Source of the DNA: Nitrospirota bacterium
GTDB lineage: Bacteria > Nitrospirota > Nitrospiria > Nitrospirales > Nitrospiraceae
Direction of reading: 5' to 3'
Assembly: GCA_963703955.1 (NCBI GenBank)
Contig: CAVPGK010000020.1
Coordinates: 32,787 to 96,786, forward strand
Length of the DNA: 64,000 bases
The notes beneath the pieces are model-generated. The model saw only the letters and a list, made by a program, of their open reading frames with translations, ran no database searches and was not told where the DNA came from. The translations under genes were made by a program, and so were the position numbers. Positions within the stretch are counted from its first letter, which is position 1, and every line of letters starts with the position of its first letter. This document shows positions 53,645-64,000 of the stretch, piece after piece.

Positions 53645-54076
53645 TCAATGTCGACAGCTAGCGCAGAGACCGTAGAGTTCAAGCTTATGGGTCTGGATGG
53701 TGAACCCATTACGCGTCGCCACCTCTTCCTGAAGCCGTTCAATGTCGCAGTTCTCAAACTCGACGATCTTGCCGCATGAGGTGCAAATGAGGTGGTCGTG
53801 ATGTCCCTTATGCGACACATTGTCGTACAGGGTCTGAGTTCCGAAGTGGCGGGCCTGAGCGAGTCCAACTTCACAGAAAAGGTTCAACGTTCGGTAAATG
53901 GTCGCCAGTCCGATGTGGGGGTCCTTTTTGGCCAGCAGGCGATACATTTGCTCCGCCGTGATATGTTCCATCTTGAGAAACACGCTCAGAATATGCTCGC
54001 GCTGACGCGTAAATTTGAGCTGATGCTTCGTCAAGTGCTCTTTGAGCAGGCCCATTTCTTTCAGATCTTTGCTCAT
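53645..54076 (-). CDS. fur: Ferric uptake regulator family protein
   Basis: TRQR, ATIYRTL, HHDHLICTSCG, CASC. Confidence 0.92.
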   Translation of the reverse strand: MSKDLKEMGLLKEHLTKHQLKFTRQREHILSVFLKMEHITAEQMYRLLAKKDPHIGLATIYRTLNLFCEVGLAQARHFGTQTLYDNVSHKGHHDHLICTSCGKIVEFENCDIERLQEEVATRNGFTIQTHKLELYGLCASCRH

Positions 54077-54090
54077 CCCGGTCTCCGAAA

Positions 54091-54131
54091 TGAGAGTGCT
54101 TTATTAAAAACTATTCCGAGAACGGGGTCAA
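54091..54131 (-). promoter_or_regulatory. fur promoter with possible autoregulatory box
   Basis: Minus strand TTGACC-17nt-TTTAAT; overlapping TGAGAGTGCTTTATTA. Confidence 0.55.
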
Positions 54132-54264
54132 GAGACAGATCAACCCGTATCGGTAAGCATGGTCAGGAAACTCATGGATCCCGCGATGCGACGTTGACCT
54201 GTCTCTTTTGCAGAGACTATAGTGCGGATAAGAACAAGAATCGACGCGGTCTGGCGTGGAGGTG

Positions 54265-55770
54265 ATGATGGCCCTCTCACAGGTTCACAACTTTATCAAT
54301 GGGGCGTGGAGAACGGCCGCAGGTACTGAATGGTTCGAGACTCGTAACCCCGCGAATCCTTCCGATGTGATCGGTACCTTCCCTCAATCCACTCCTGCGG
54401 ACATTGAAGAAGCGGTATCATCGGCAAACCGGGCACAGTCCGGCTGGCGTGAATTGGGCATGATCAAGCGCGCAGAGTATCTCCTTCGTGTTGCCAGACT
54501 CATGGAGGAGGATCAAGAACCCCTTGCGCGGATGGTGGCGCGGGAAGCGGGTAAACAGGTGAACGAGGCGCGCGCTGATGTCATTGAGGCAATCCATACC
54601 GCGCAGTACGCCTTCTCCTACGGGCATCTGGGTCAATACGGGAAGATGCTCGCGGATGAAGTCTCAACCAAACGCTGTTATGAAGTGCTGGAACCCCGCG
54701 GGGTCGTCGTGGCGATCACGCCGTGGAATTTTCCAATCGCGCTCCCATTTTGGTTAACCGGGCTCCCGCTGGTCTTGGGGAATTCCGTCATCCTCAAGCC
54801 GAGTGAATATACACCCATGTGTGCGGCCAAGATTGCACGGTACTTTGAGCAAGCTGGAATCCCCCCCGGAGTCTTTCAGGTCCTCCACGGCGCTGGTGAA
54901 GGTGCGGGCGCTCCTCTCGTGGCTCATCGGCAAACGCATGTCGTTCTGTTCACCGGGAGCTACGAAATCGGCCTGACGATCAAACAGGAGGTGGCGAAGC
55001 ATGCCGACAAGATCTGTACAATTGAAACCGGTGGCAAGAACGCAGTCCTCGTCATGGAGGATGCCAACCTTGACATGGCGGTCTCAGCCAGTGTTCTTTC
55101 TGCTTTCAAAACAGCCGGGCAGCGCTGCGTGACGGCCGGTCGACTGCTGGTCGATAGCCGCATGGCCGACCGATTTTCCGAGCGATTCGTCTCCGCAGCG
55201 AAAAGAGTGAGGGTCGGTGATCCCATGGATGATAGCGTCTTCTATGGAACCATGATCAATCGGCAGGGGGTGGACAAGGGCCGCCGCTTCAATGAAACGG
55301 CCCGCAAGGAAGGATTCGAGGTTTTACTGGACCGGAACACCGAACCACCGCCGACACCGGACGGGTACTGGCTGAAGCCGTTCGTCTACACCGGTCCCTG
55401 GCGCAGCGACAGTGTGTGTTTGACCGAGGAGGCCTTCAGTCCCCATGTAGCGATCGTCCCGGTGCGAGGAGTTGAGGAAGCGGTCGCCGTCTACAACGAC
55501 ACCAAGTACGGGTTGTCGGGTTCCATCATCACGGAGGACTACCGGAAGGCAAAATATGCCGAAGAGCACATGCGCTGCGGGATTTTCTATTGGAACTTGC
55601 CCTGCATCGGCGCCGGCGTCCGCATGCCGTTCGGGGGAGTCAAACAGTCGGGCAATCTGATTCCCTCGGCCGCCGGCCTTATTCCGGTACTGACCCATTC
55701 CAAGGCGGTGACTTATAACCTGGATACCAGGATCGTCATGGCTCAGGGCCTCAGTGCTGAGATCACGTAA
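54265..55770 (+). CDS. Aldehyde dehydrogenase family protein
   Basis: ITPWNFP, FTGS, ETGGKN, GQRC, PFGG. Confidence 0.93.
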   Translation: MMALSQVHNFINGAWRTAAGTEWFETRNPANPSDVIGTFPQSTPADIEEAVSSANRAQSGWRELGMIKRAEYLLRVARLMEEDQEPLARMVAREAGKQVNEARADVIEAIHTAQYAFSYGHLGQYGKMLADEVSTKRCYEVLEPRGVVVAITPWNFPIALPFWLTGLPLVLGNSVILKPSEYTPMCAAKIARYFEQAGIPPGVFQVLHGAGEGAGAPLVAHRQTHVVLFTGSYEIGLTIKQEVAKHADKICTIETGGKNAVLVMEDANLDMAVSASVLSAFKTAGQRCVTAGRLLVDSRMADRFSERFVSAAKRVRVGDPMDDSVFYGTMINRQGVDKGRRFNETARKEGFEVLLDRNTEPPPTPDGYWLKPFVYTGPWRSDSVCLTEEAFSPHVAIVPVRGVEEAVAVYNDTKYGLSGSIITEDYRKAKYAEEHMRCGIFYWNLPCIGAGVRMPFGGVKQSGNLIPSAAGLIPVLTHSKAVTYNLDTRIVMAQGLSAEIT

Positions 55771-55868
55771 ACAACCGGCGAGTAGCGATTCGCGAACAGT
55801 CAATAGCAAGAGTGCAGAGAGTTGTCGTTCCGCTATTCGCTGCGTGCTATGACTTACCAGCTTGAAGT

Positions 55869-56429
55869 ATGCGGAAGCCCGACCAAATCACGATCGATCG
55901 TGCCCTGCTCCTCTATGTCTTGCAATTAGCGGCGCCGTATGGGCTGATGAGCGATGTGAAGCTGCAGCAACTGGTGTTCCTCTGTGAGCTTCAAATGTTC
56001 GACAAGCGGATCAAGGGATTTCATTTTGAGTTTTTTCGCTATGCCTACGGGGCGTTCAGCAAGGACCTCGACAACGATCTGATGTCGTTGCGTCGCAAGG
56101 GATGCCTTGAGAATTTCGACCTTTCCGAGAAAGCCGCTGACGCGCTGAAGATTCTGCCGGAAGAAATGGAGGAAGTCGACGCCAATTCGCGTGTGATTGA
56201 AATCATTCAGGCGGTCGTGTCCACGTATGGGCCACAGGATACGGGGGATCTTTCGAAGTCGGTTGAAGCGGTCGAAATCAGCACGTCTGAACAGCCAGAA
56301 TTCAAACTGGCGATTCGAGATATCTCATTCCATACCATCCTATTGGTGCCGAGCCGGATCGAAGTCGACGGCGAATTCATGCTCGCGCCGAGCATGCTGG
56401 CGCGTCTGAACACCGCCCTCGGATACTAA
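55869..56429 (+). CDS. Hypothetical protein, Panacea/DUF4065-like N-terminal pattern
   Basis: KLQQLVFL...FEFFRYAYGAFSKDL. Confidence 0.6.
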   Translation: MRKPDQITIDRALLLYVLQLAAPYGLMSDVKLQQLVFLCELQMFDKRIKGFHFEFFRYAYGAFSKDLDNDLMSLRRKGCLENFDLSEKAADALKILPEEMEEVDANSRVIEIIQAVVSTYGPQDTGDLSKSVEAVEISTSEQPEFKLAIRDISFHTILLVPSRIEVDGEFMLAPSMLARLNTALGY

Positions 56430-56432
56430 CAC

Positions 56433-57980
56433 TCATCGCGACTCGCCTCCAAGTCCATACAAGCTCCCGAACTTTCCTTCCAGATACGTCAGAAACGGTT
56501 CCGGGCTCAACGGCCTCCCCGTCACACGTTGGACGAGATGGTCGGCGGTAAAGGTCCGGCCCCAGCGGTGGATCTTTTGATTCAGCCAGCGCGTCAGCAC
56601 CGACAGTCGCCCGGCTTCAATTTCTCCGTCCAGATCTGAGATTTCCCTTCGAGCCTGATCAAAGAACTGTACGGCGTACAGGTTTCCGAGCGTATAGGTC
56701 GGAAAATAGCCGATGGCGCCCAAGGACCAGTGAACATCCTGCAAGACGCCTTCCGCGTCAGTCGTTGGAACAATTCCAAGAAAGCTCCGCATCTTCTCGT
56801 TCCAGATATCAGGCAAGTCTTCCGCCCGCGTGCGACCTTCGATCAGGTCCTGCTCGATCTCGAAGCGCAGCATGATGTGAAGGTTATAGGTGAGCTCATC
56901 CGCCTCGACGCGGATAAGAGAAGGCTTCACTCGATTGATTGCCGCGTAAAACGCCTCCACCGTAGCGTCGGGCAGTTGCTCGGGGAAAAATTCCCTGAGG
57001 AGCGGATAGAAGCATCTCCAAAAAGGTCGAGATCGCCCGACGCAGTTTTCCCACAGGCGCGATTGGCTTTCATGGATCCCCAACGACAAAGCGTCGCCCA
57101 ACGGGGTTCCGTATCGTTCTGGGTCAAGCCCCTGGTCGTAGAGACCGTGACCGCCCTCATGGATAGAGCTGAAGAGGCAGGCGGGCAGCTCATGTTCGTA
57201 CACCCGGGTGGTCAGTCGCACATCGGTCGGGTGAAATGAAGTGGTGAAAGGATGGGCGGATAGGTCCAACCGGCCTCGGCTAAAGTCATAGCCCATCGCA
57301 GTCAGCACCAGCCGGCTGAATTCCGTCTGGCGTGTGGTGTCATACGCACGAAACAGGACCGCGTCGTCGATCACTACGGGGGCAGTCATTACCCGCTGCA
57401 GGAGCGGAACAATTCTTGTCTTCAGCTCGGTGAAGAGCGGGGTGAGACGGGAGACGGTCGTGTCCGGCTCATAGTGGTCCAGTAGGGCGTCGTATGGGGA
57501 TTCTTTGTAACCGAGATAGTGCGCTTCCTCCTGTTTGAGTGAAACGATGATGCGGAGGTTCGGCAGAAACATCCGGAAATTGCTTTTCTTCTTGGCTTCG
57601 GTCCAGACCTGTTGAGCCAGTGAACATTCGCGTCCCAATCGTATGACAAATTCTGAAGGCAGTTTCTTGGCCCGGCTGAAATCGCGCCAGACCTCACGCA
57701 AAAGGGCTCGTGACGGTTCATCCCATGCCACTCCCGGAGAATCAATCGTTTGCCCTGTGGCGGGATCGATCCATTGGGCGAGCAAGCGCTGAATGTCCGG
57801 TGAAACCAATCGATCGTGAGCCAGGCCTTGAAGCGTTGCTAACTGGTCGGCTCTGGCGTGACCTCCTCCTGGCGGCATATAGGTTTCCTGATCCCAGGAC
57901 AGGAGCGAGGCCGCGCTGGTTAGGTGCTGGATTTCAAGGAGGCGGCTCGTCAGTGGGGCCAGTGTGGCGAGGGTCTTCAT
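56433..57980 (-). CDS. M32 family carboxypeptidase
   Basis: HPF, HEGGH, HESQS, IRVEAD, GVLQDVHW. Confidence 0.95.
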   Translation of the reverse strand: MKTLATLAPLTSRLLEIQHLTSAASLLSWDQETYMPPGGGHARADQLATLQGLAHDRLVSPDIQRLLAQWIDPATGQTIDSPGVAWDEPSRALLREVWRDFSRAKKLPSEFVIRLGRECSLAQQVWTEAKKKSNFRMFLPNLRIIVSLKQEEAHYLGYKESPYDALLDHYEPDTTVSRLTPLFTELKTRIVPLLQRVMTAPVVIDDAVLFRAYDTTRQTEFSRLVLTAMGYDFSRGRLDLSAHPFTTSFHPTDVRLTTRVYEHELPACLFSSIHEGGHGLYDQGLDPERYGTPLGDALSLGIHESQSRLWENCVGRSRPFWRCFYPLLREFFPEQLPDATVEAFYAAINRVKPSLIRVEADELTYNLHIMLRFEIEQDLIEGRTRAEDLPDIWNEKMRSFLGIVPTTDAEGVLQDVHWSLGAIGYFPTYTLGNLYAVQFFDQARREISDLDGEIEAGRLSVLTRWLNQKIHRWGRTFTADHLVQRVTGRPLSPEPFLTYLEGKFGSLYGLGGESR

Positions 57981-58043
57981 GAAACTTCCAGCTCTCAAAA
58001 GGAGTAAGATGGTCAGTCTACGAAACGTCTGCCGGAGTTTTCA

Positions 58044-58253
58044 ATGCTGGGGAGAAGGCACGTCTTGGCGCGCCTGGGATGGGCGGGTGAAAGAGGGCGA
58101 AGGCGCGCCCCGGGAACAGAGCCTGTATTTGACAGGCTCGGGGCGGGGCGGGTGACATGTTCGCCTGGGATGGGCGGGTGAAATGTTGGGAAAAAGACGC
58201 GTCTCGGCGCGTCTGGGGTGGGCGGGTGAAAATGTTGAGAAGAAGGCGCGTCT
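58044..58253. repeat. Degenerate direct repeats of a roughly 48-bp unit
   Basis: CGCCTGGGATGGGCGGGTGAAA-like core three times, GAGAAGGCRCGTCT-like segment three times. Confidence 0.7.
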
Positions 58254-58336
58254 ATATTGAATGCCGCTCGCCCAAGACGTCACGGCCATGGCGGCGCGGG
58301 TGGGCGAGCGGGTGGAAAAAGGAGGGATGGGACCAT

Positions 58337-58984
58337 ATGAAGGATCTGATCTTGCCGGAGATCGAAGCGTACGCCGAAGCGCATTCCTGGGCCGAGTCGG
58401 AAGGCTGTCGTGCTCTTCGGGAAGAGACCTATGGGAACATGGAATGCCCGCAGATGGTGGTCGGTCCGCTGGAGGGCGCCTTCCTGAAAATAATGGTCCG
58501 CCTCGTGCGCGCAAAGCGTGTGCTGGAAATCGGCACCTTCACCGGCTATAGCGCGTTGTGCTTTGCCGAGGCCTTACCGGACGACGGTGTGGTGATCACG
58601 TGCGATATTGATCCTGAGTCGACGGCGATGGCCCGGAAACACTTCGCCAGAAGCCCACATGGCCGTAAAATCGATCTGCGGGTCGGGCCCGCGCTCGAGA
58701 CACTACGAGAGGTGGTGGGGCCTTTCGACCTGATTTTCATCGACGCCGATAAGATCAATTACGTGAACTACTACCGCCTGGCGCTGGATCTTGTCGGCCC
58801 GCATGGCGTCATCCTCATCGATAATGTTCTCTGGTCTGGGGAGGTGTTGCATCAGCCGCCGCCTGATCGCTCCACCGCGGCGATTCAGGAGTTGAATCGT
58901 GTGATCGCCTCCGATCCTCGCGTCACAGCCGTTCTGGTCACGCTCCGGGACGGCGTCTTTGTGATTCGTAGGATCTTGCCCTGA
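58337..58984 (+). CDS. Class I SAM-dependent O-methyltransferase (CCoAOMT/TrmR-like)
   Basis: VLEIGTFTGYS, FIDADK, DNVLWSG. Confidence 0.92.
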   Translation: MKDLILPEIEAYAEAHSWAESEGCRALREETYGNMECPQMVVGPLEGAFLKIMVRLVRAKRVLEIGTFTGYSALCFAEALPDDGVVITCDIDPESTAMARKHFARSPHGRKIDLRVGPALETLREVVGPFDLIFIDADKINYVNYYRLALDLVGPHGVILIDNVLWSGEVLHQPPPDRSTAAIQELNRVIASDPRVTAVLVTLRDGVFVIRRILP

Positions 58985-59098
58985 GACAAATTTCTTGACG
59001 AAGCGGGGGTGGCTGCTATAAGCCGCGCTGTTGCGTGCTCATACCAGACGGGGCCTGACGCGTGTGTATTTCCGACAGGCTCCGCCCGTCATCCGATG

Positions 59099-59138
59099 CG
59101 TCCTTCAGGTCCTCCTACGGGCTCCTGAAGGACGTTTT
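59099..59138 (+). terminator. Intrinsic terminator-like hairpin just upstream of the EamA gene
   Basis: CGTCCTTCAGG/CCTGAAGGACG 11-bp stem plus TTTT. Confidence 0.65.
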
Positions 59139-59152
59139 AGTCTGGGGCCTGC

Positions 59153-60071
59153 ATGGACGTCAGGCAGCACTCCTTTGCATATGGCGCGCTGACGATGGCC
59201 GCCGTCTTCTGGGGCGGATCGATTGTCGCGCAAAAGATTGCGCTGGGATCGTTCTCTCCGGTCGAGGCTTCCGTCCTTCGAGGCCTGGGCGCTCTGTGCA
59301 TCTGATCCCCTTCTGGTGGTGGCAGGAAGGGAACCAGGTGACCATATCAGGCACGGACATCTGGGTGTTCACCCTGTTGGGCTTCGCCGTTCTCGGCAAT
59401 CATTTGCTCACCCTGTTCGGGTTGCGGTACATCGGGGCGGCTCCGGCAGGCGTGATTATCGGAGCCAGTCCCGCGATTACCGCCTTTCTTTTCCTCTATC
59501 CTCATTCGTGATGTCCCGTTTCGCCTGGTCTGGAAGGGCTGTGAGCCAGCGTCCCTTTGTTGGAGTGGTCCTTGTGTCCGGGGTGGGGAAGAGCCCTGCC
59601 CCCGGAGAGCAGCCGTGGCTGGGCGGGGCCCTGGTTGTCTTGGGCTTGGTCAGTTGGGCGCTGTATACAATCGGTGGCCGCCAAACGATGAATCGGTTCT
59701 CTCCGTTGACGGTGAATTGGACGACGCTGTTGCTCTCGGTCCTGTTCCAGGTCCCGCTCCTCTGGACCGATCAAAAAGTGATCGTTGAGGGGATCCACAC
59801 CGGTCTCGGCCACGGCCTGGTTGGCGTTAGCCTATTTGGTGGTGTTTGCAACGGCCCTGGGACAGCAAGCGTGGCTCTATGGGGTCAAGCGGGTGGGACC
59901 TGCGCGTGCCGGCGTCTTTATCAACCTCATTCCGGTTTCGGCACTCGTGTTGTCGGCTCTTCTGCTCGGCGATCAGATCGGAGTCAGGGAACTGGCCGGC
60001 ATTGTCTGATTCTCGCAGGCGTCTGGTTGGTCCATCGACAATCGGCACGGCGACCCGCCGCAGATTCATGA
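59153..60071 (+). CDS. EamA/DMT family transporter (several frameshifts)
   Basis: AAVFWGG, GLRYIGAAPAG, WALYT, AGVFINLIPV segments in different frames. Confidence 0.85.
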
Positions 60072-60321
60072 GATGACGGCGCAAGGCAGCGTCAAGGCAC
60101 CGGTCCTTATGACTGAAGACAATTAGGCAGGGTGACCCTTCTTGTATTGGAACATAGAGGGTTCCAGATCTTTCAAGTTTCAACTGAACTCATTGTGGAG
60201 GCTGATCGGTCTTGTGTGTTGGATGCCGGGGAGGAAGCCAGTTGGGAAGCTATGACACGGGTTGCACCATGGCAGTCGCGACAACGATGCCCGCCGCACC
60301 TCGGTGGCGTGGGGAGACGGC

Positions 60322-60969
60322 ATGCCGATCCTGATCGTTGATGACTCGATTGATGCGCAGCGCCTGTTGCACTCTCTCCTTCGATCGGCTGGACATCAGC
60401 GTCTGCTCTTCGCCGCGTCGATGACTGAAGCGTTCACGCGTCTCGCCGACCTCCCTTCTCAAAGTGAGAACTCCGGGATCGATCTCATTTTGCTGGACAT
60501 CGATATGCCGGACATGGACGGCATTGAGGCCTGTCGGCGGATGAAGGCTGATGCACAGCTTCATGACACACCCATCATCATGGTCACCGCCACCAAGAAA
60601 GACCAGGTTCTGGCCGATGCGTTTCACGCTGGGGCGATGGATTACATTACGAAGCCCTTCAGGCCCTTGGAGCTTCTCGCGAGGGTTCGCTCAGCACTGG
60701 CTTTAAAGCGGGAAACGGATGCCCGCAAAGCTCGGGAGGGCGAACTCGTGGCAAGAAATCAGGAACTCCAGCAGGCCCTTCGGGAGATTCAGGTCCTTCG
60801 GGGACTGATTAAGATCTGCTCCTTCTGTAAGAAAATTCAAAACGATCAGGGGACCTGGCAGCAGATTGAGATCTATATCCGAGAACGTTCGGAGGCAGAA
60901 TTCAGTCATGGGGTCTGTGCGGACTGCGCTGAAACACATTATCCAGGCTTGGTGAAGGGGACACGGTAA
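60322..60969 (+). CDS. Response regulator with C-terminal Cys/His motif
   Basis: ILIVDD, LLDIDMP, KPF; ICSFCKKI...FSHGVCADC. Confidence 0.9.
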   Translation: MPILIVDDSIDAQRLLHSLLRSAGHQRLLFAASMTEAFTRLADLPSQSENSGIDLILLDIDMPDMDGIEACRRMKADAQLHDTPIIMVTATKKDQVLADAFHAGAMDYITKPFRPLELLARVRSALALKRETDARKAREGELVARNQELQQALREIQVLRGLIKICSFCKKIQNDQGTWQQIEIYIRERSEAEFSHGVCADCAETHYPGLVKGTR

Positions 60970-60971
60970 CT

Positions 60972-63900
60972 ATGGCGGTGAGTGGAGAGGACCGTGAGAC
61001 CGGCGTGAACAGACCGCTGGAAGCCATGGTGATTGTCGGTTTGGCGATTGGCCTGGTCGTGCTGATCGCCGTCGGGGTCATGTCCTATCAGAGCGTGAGT
61101 CGATTCATTCAGATCACCGACCAGCGCGCACGCACCCACAGCATCATCGAGAAATTGAACGATGTCCTTTCCTGCGTCAGGGACGCCGAAACCGGCCTGC
61201 GTGGTTACATCATCACCGGGAATGCGCGTTTTCTGGAACCCTACCACGCCGCGGTGAAGATCATCGGAGCCGACGGGCAAGCGTTGCGGTCGTTGCTGCT
61301 GGGTGACCCGGACCAATTGCAAAGGCTGGATGCGCTGCAGTTGCGTATTACGGAACATCTGACCGTAGCCGAGCAGCAGATTGATTTGCGGATGAATCGC
61401 CGGTTCGACCTCGCGTTTAGAAGAGCGGTATATGGAAACGGGCAGGGCGAAGATGGATCAAATCCGTGTGATCAGCGAGAAATGGAGAAGACAGCCCTCG
61501 CGTCGTTGAGCCAACGGGATCAAGAGGCTCAGGCGAGCGCACGGCGCGCGATGGCGATCATTCTGTTCGGAAGTTTGCTGGCGGTCGTGTTTGCAGTTCT
61601 GGCGATCATGATCGCGAAAGCGCGTTCTAGCGGTCCGCCAACGAGCGGAAGCCGAGACACGAGGACTCCACACGTTTCTCAATTCGATTCTGGAGAATCT
61701 GCCGCACATGATCTTCGTGAAGGACGCCAGGGACCTTCGGTTCGTCCGTGTGAATCAAGCAGGTGAAGAACTGCTGGGCTACTCAAGAGCGGATCTGGTC
61801 GGGAAGAGCGACCACGACTTCCCAAAGGAGGAAGCCGATTCTTTTACGGCGAACGATCGGCAGGTTCTGAAAAGCGGCCAACTGCTGGATATTACTGAAG
61901 AGCCGATTCAAACCAGGACCAAAGGGCTCCGTCTTCTGCATACGAAGAAAATTCCGATTCTCGATCCCTCGGGACGCCCCCAGTATCTCCTGGGTATCTC
62001 GGAGGATATCACCGAGCGCAAGCGATCGGAAGAGGCCTTGAGGGAATCGGAACTCCGCTATCGCAGCCTGATCCAGACCGACCGTGATGTCATTTTCACG
62101 CTTTCCTCGGAGGGGCTGATCACGTCACTCAATACGGCTTTCGAAATCATTACCGGGCTCTCCGTTGCCGATTGGGTCGGCCGATCGGTTGTCCTCCTCA
62201 TCCACCCTGAAGACAGAGCTCGTGCTTCGCAGTTGCTCGATCGGGTCTTAATTGGGAACAGCCCTCCGGCATTTGAATTGCGTGTCCGCTCTCGCTTAGG
62301 GGAGTACCTCATCGGTGAATTTACAGTCACGCCGCAAGTGCAGGATGGGCAGGTGATCGGAATCCTAGGAATTGCCCGAGACATCACCGACCGCAAGAAA
62401 GTGGAAGAGGAGCTGCGCAGGGCAAAAGAGGCTGCAGAAGCTGCAAATCATGCCAAGAGTGAATTTCTCGCCAGCATGAGCCACGAAATTCGGACTCCGA
62501 TGAATGCCATCATCGGCATGGCCGACCTCTTATGGGAAACTCCCCTGAAGGAGGAACAGCAGGAGTATGTCGGGATTTTCCGGAGAGCCGGCATCAGCCT
62601 CATGAATTTGATTAACGACATTTTGGACCTTTCAAAGGTGGAAGCCGGCTACCTGGAGTTGGAAACAATTGAGTTCGATCTTGGCGACATCGTGGACAAG
62701 ACGGCGGAGATGATGGCGCTGCGGGCTCATGACAAAGGGATCGAACTGGCCTGCTCGGTGGCACCGATCGTGCCGACCGACCTGATCGGCGACCCCAACC
62801 GATTGAGACAAGTCATTCTGAATCTGATCGGGAATGCCATGAGTTTCACCAATGCCGGTCAGGTCGTGTTGCGGGTCAAGAACCCTGAATCACATGAGCC
62901 GGGAATGTTGCGATTCATGATCGCCGACACCGGCATCGGAATTCCACAAGACAAGCTCGGATTGGTGTTCGACAGTTTTACCCAAGCTGATTCGTCAACC
63001 ACCCGTAAGTATGGCGGAACCGGGCTCGGATTGAGCATTTCGAAGCGCCTCGTCAACTTGATGGGGGGTTGGATCTGGGCTGACAGCGCCCCGGGGAAAG
63101 GAAGCACGTTTTACTTTACGCTCGTTTTTGGTATTCAGCCCAGCCCGTTGCGCATTGCGTCTCCGGCCGAGATCAATCTGCATGGGGTCAAAACCTTGGT
63201 TGTGGACGATAACGCGACCAACCGCCTTATCCTGAAGGAGGCACTGTCGTCGTGGGGCGCGATGGTGACTGAGGTGCCCGGTGGAGAAGAAACGCTGGCC
63301 GAACTCCAGCGAGCGTATGCTGCCGCGGAGCCGTATCAACTGCTGCTCTTGGATTGCCGGATGCCCGACATCAATGGATTCCAAGTCCTCGAAAAAATCA
63401 ATGAGACATCGGGCATGGCCGGAATGACGGTGGTGATGCTGACCTCGGATAATCGCAGCCCGGATATCGCGCAGACCTACAAGTTGAGGCTTGGCGGGTA
63501 TCTGGTCAAGCCGATTCGCCGTCTGATCTGTTGAAAGCGATTACGATCGCCATCTCCCGATCCAGAGGGACCGCTCAGCAACCGTCCGGTCCAGCGCCCG
63601 CAACGGTCGACATCCCGGCCTTAGACATCCTGTTGGTCGAAGATTCATCTGATAACCGGCTTCTGATTCAGTCCTACCTCAAGAAGACCCCTTGTCGGAT
63701 TCAAACCGCCGAAAATGGCGAGATTGCAGTCGAATCCTTTCAAACCGGATCCTATGACCTGATTCTTATGGATATGCAGATGCCCGTGATGGACGGGTAC
63801 ACGGCCACCCGACATATAGGGCAGTCCGGGGAACGGGAAAACCATCGTCGTCCCACCCCCATTATCGCCTTAACGGCCAATGCCCTGCATGAAGAAGTCA

Positions 63901-64000
63901 ACCGCTCGCTTGAGGTGGGATGCAACACCCATTTGACCAAACCAATTAAAAAGGTAACCTTGATGGAAGCTATTATCGAATATGCAAAAAAGGTTCTGCC
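60972..64000 (+). CDS. Hybrid sensor kinase CHASE3-PAS-PAS-HisKA-HATPase-REC-REC (frameshifted, reaches window end)
   Basis: DAETGLRGY, MSHEIRTPMN, GGTGLGL, two receiver domains. Confidence 0.88.

Noticed and set aside
58044..58253. CRISPR array
   Set aside because: Irregular degenerate units, no unique spacers of regular length, no cas genes

Overview
Bacterial chromosomal window (visibly GC-rich). Gene content and order suggest a Nitrospirota/Nitrospira-like organism (inference). About 1-34.8 kb is housekeeping: hisA-hisF-hisIE-HIT-dnaG-rpoD-tRNA-Ile(CAT), rnhC, rnpB, ilvBNC-psd-pssA, a Leu T-box before leuA, leuB, asd, queA, mreBCD-mrdA-rodA, rng, dprA and topA. About 34.8-54.1 kb is an iron-homeostasis island: bfr, fur, FbpABC, ExbBD, ApbE, an FMN-binding protein, a porin, a CbiX-like protein, HD-GYP, AraC, a PEP-CTERM protein, several small proteins and Fur-box-like sites. 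The best candidate for a new system lies in this island. It has two small phage-Mu-Com-like zinc-ribbon genes (one missed by the ORF track) and four 5'-leader sites built from tandem GAG-N(1-2)-CC units resembling the Com RNA target. Each site abuts or overlaps a terminator-like or Shine-Dalgarno-sequestering hairpin. This suggests a Fur-gated post-transcriptional regulon run by an RNA-binding protein, controlling a flavinylation-based iron-acquisition operon and bacterioferritin. The function is inferred, not shown. Frameshifts in many genes, including rpoD and topA, look like sequencing indel errors.
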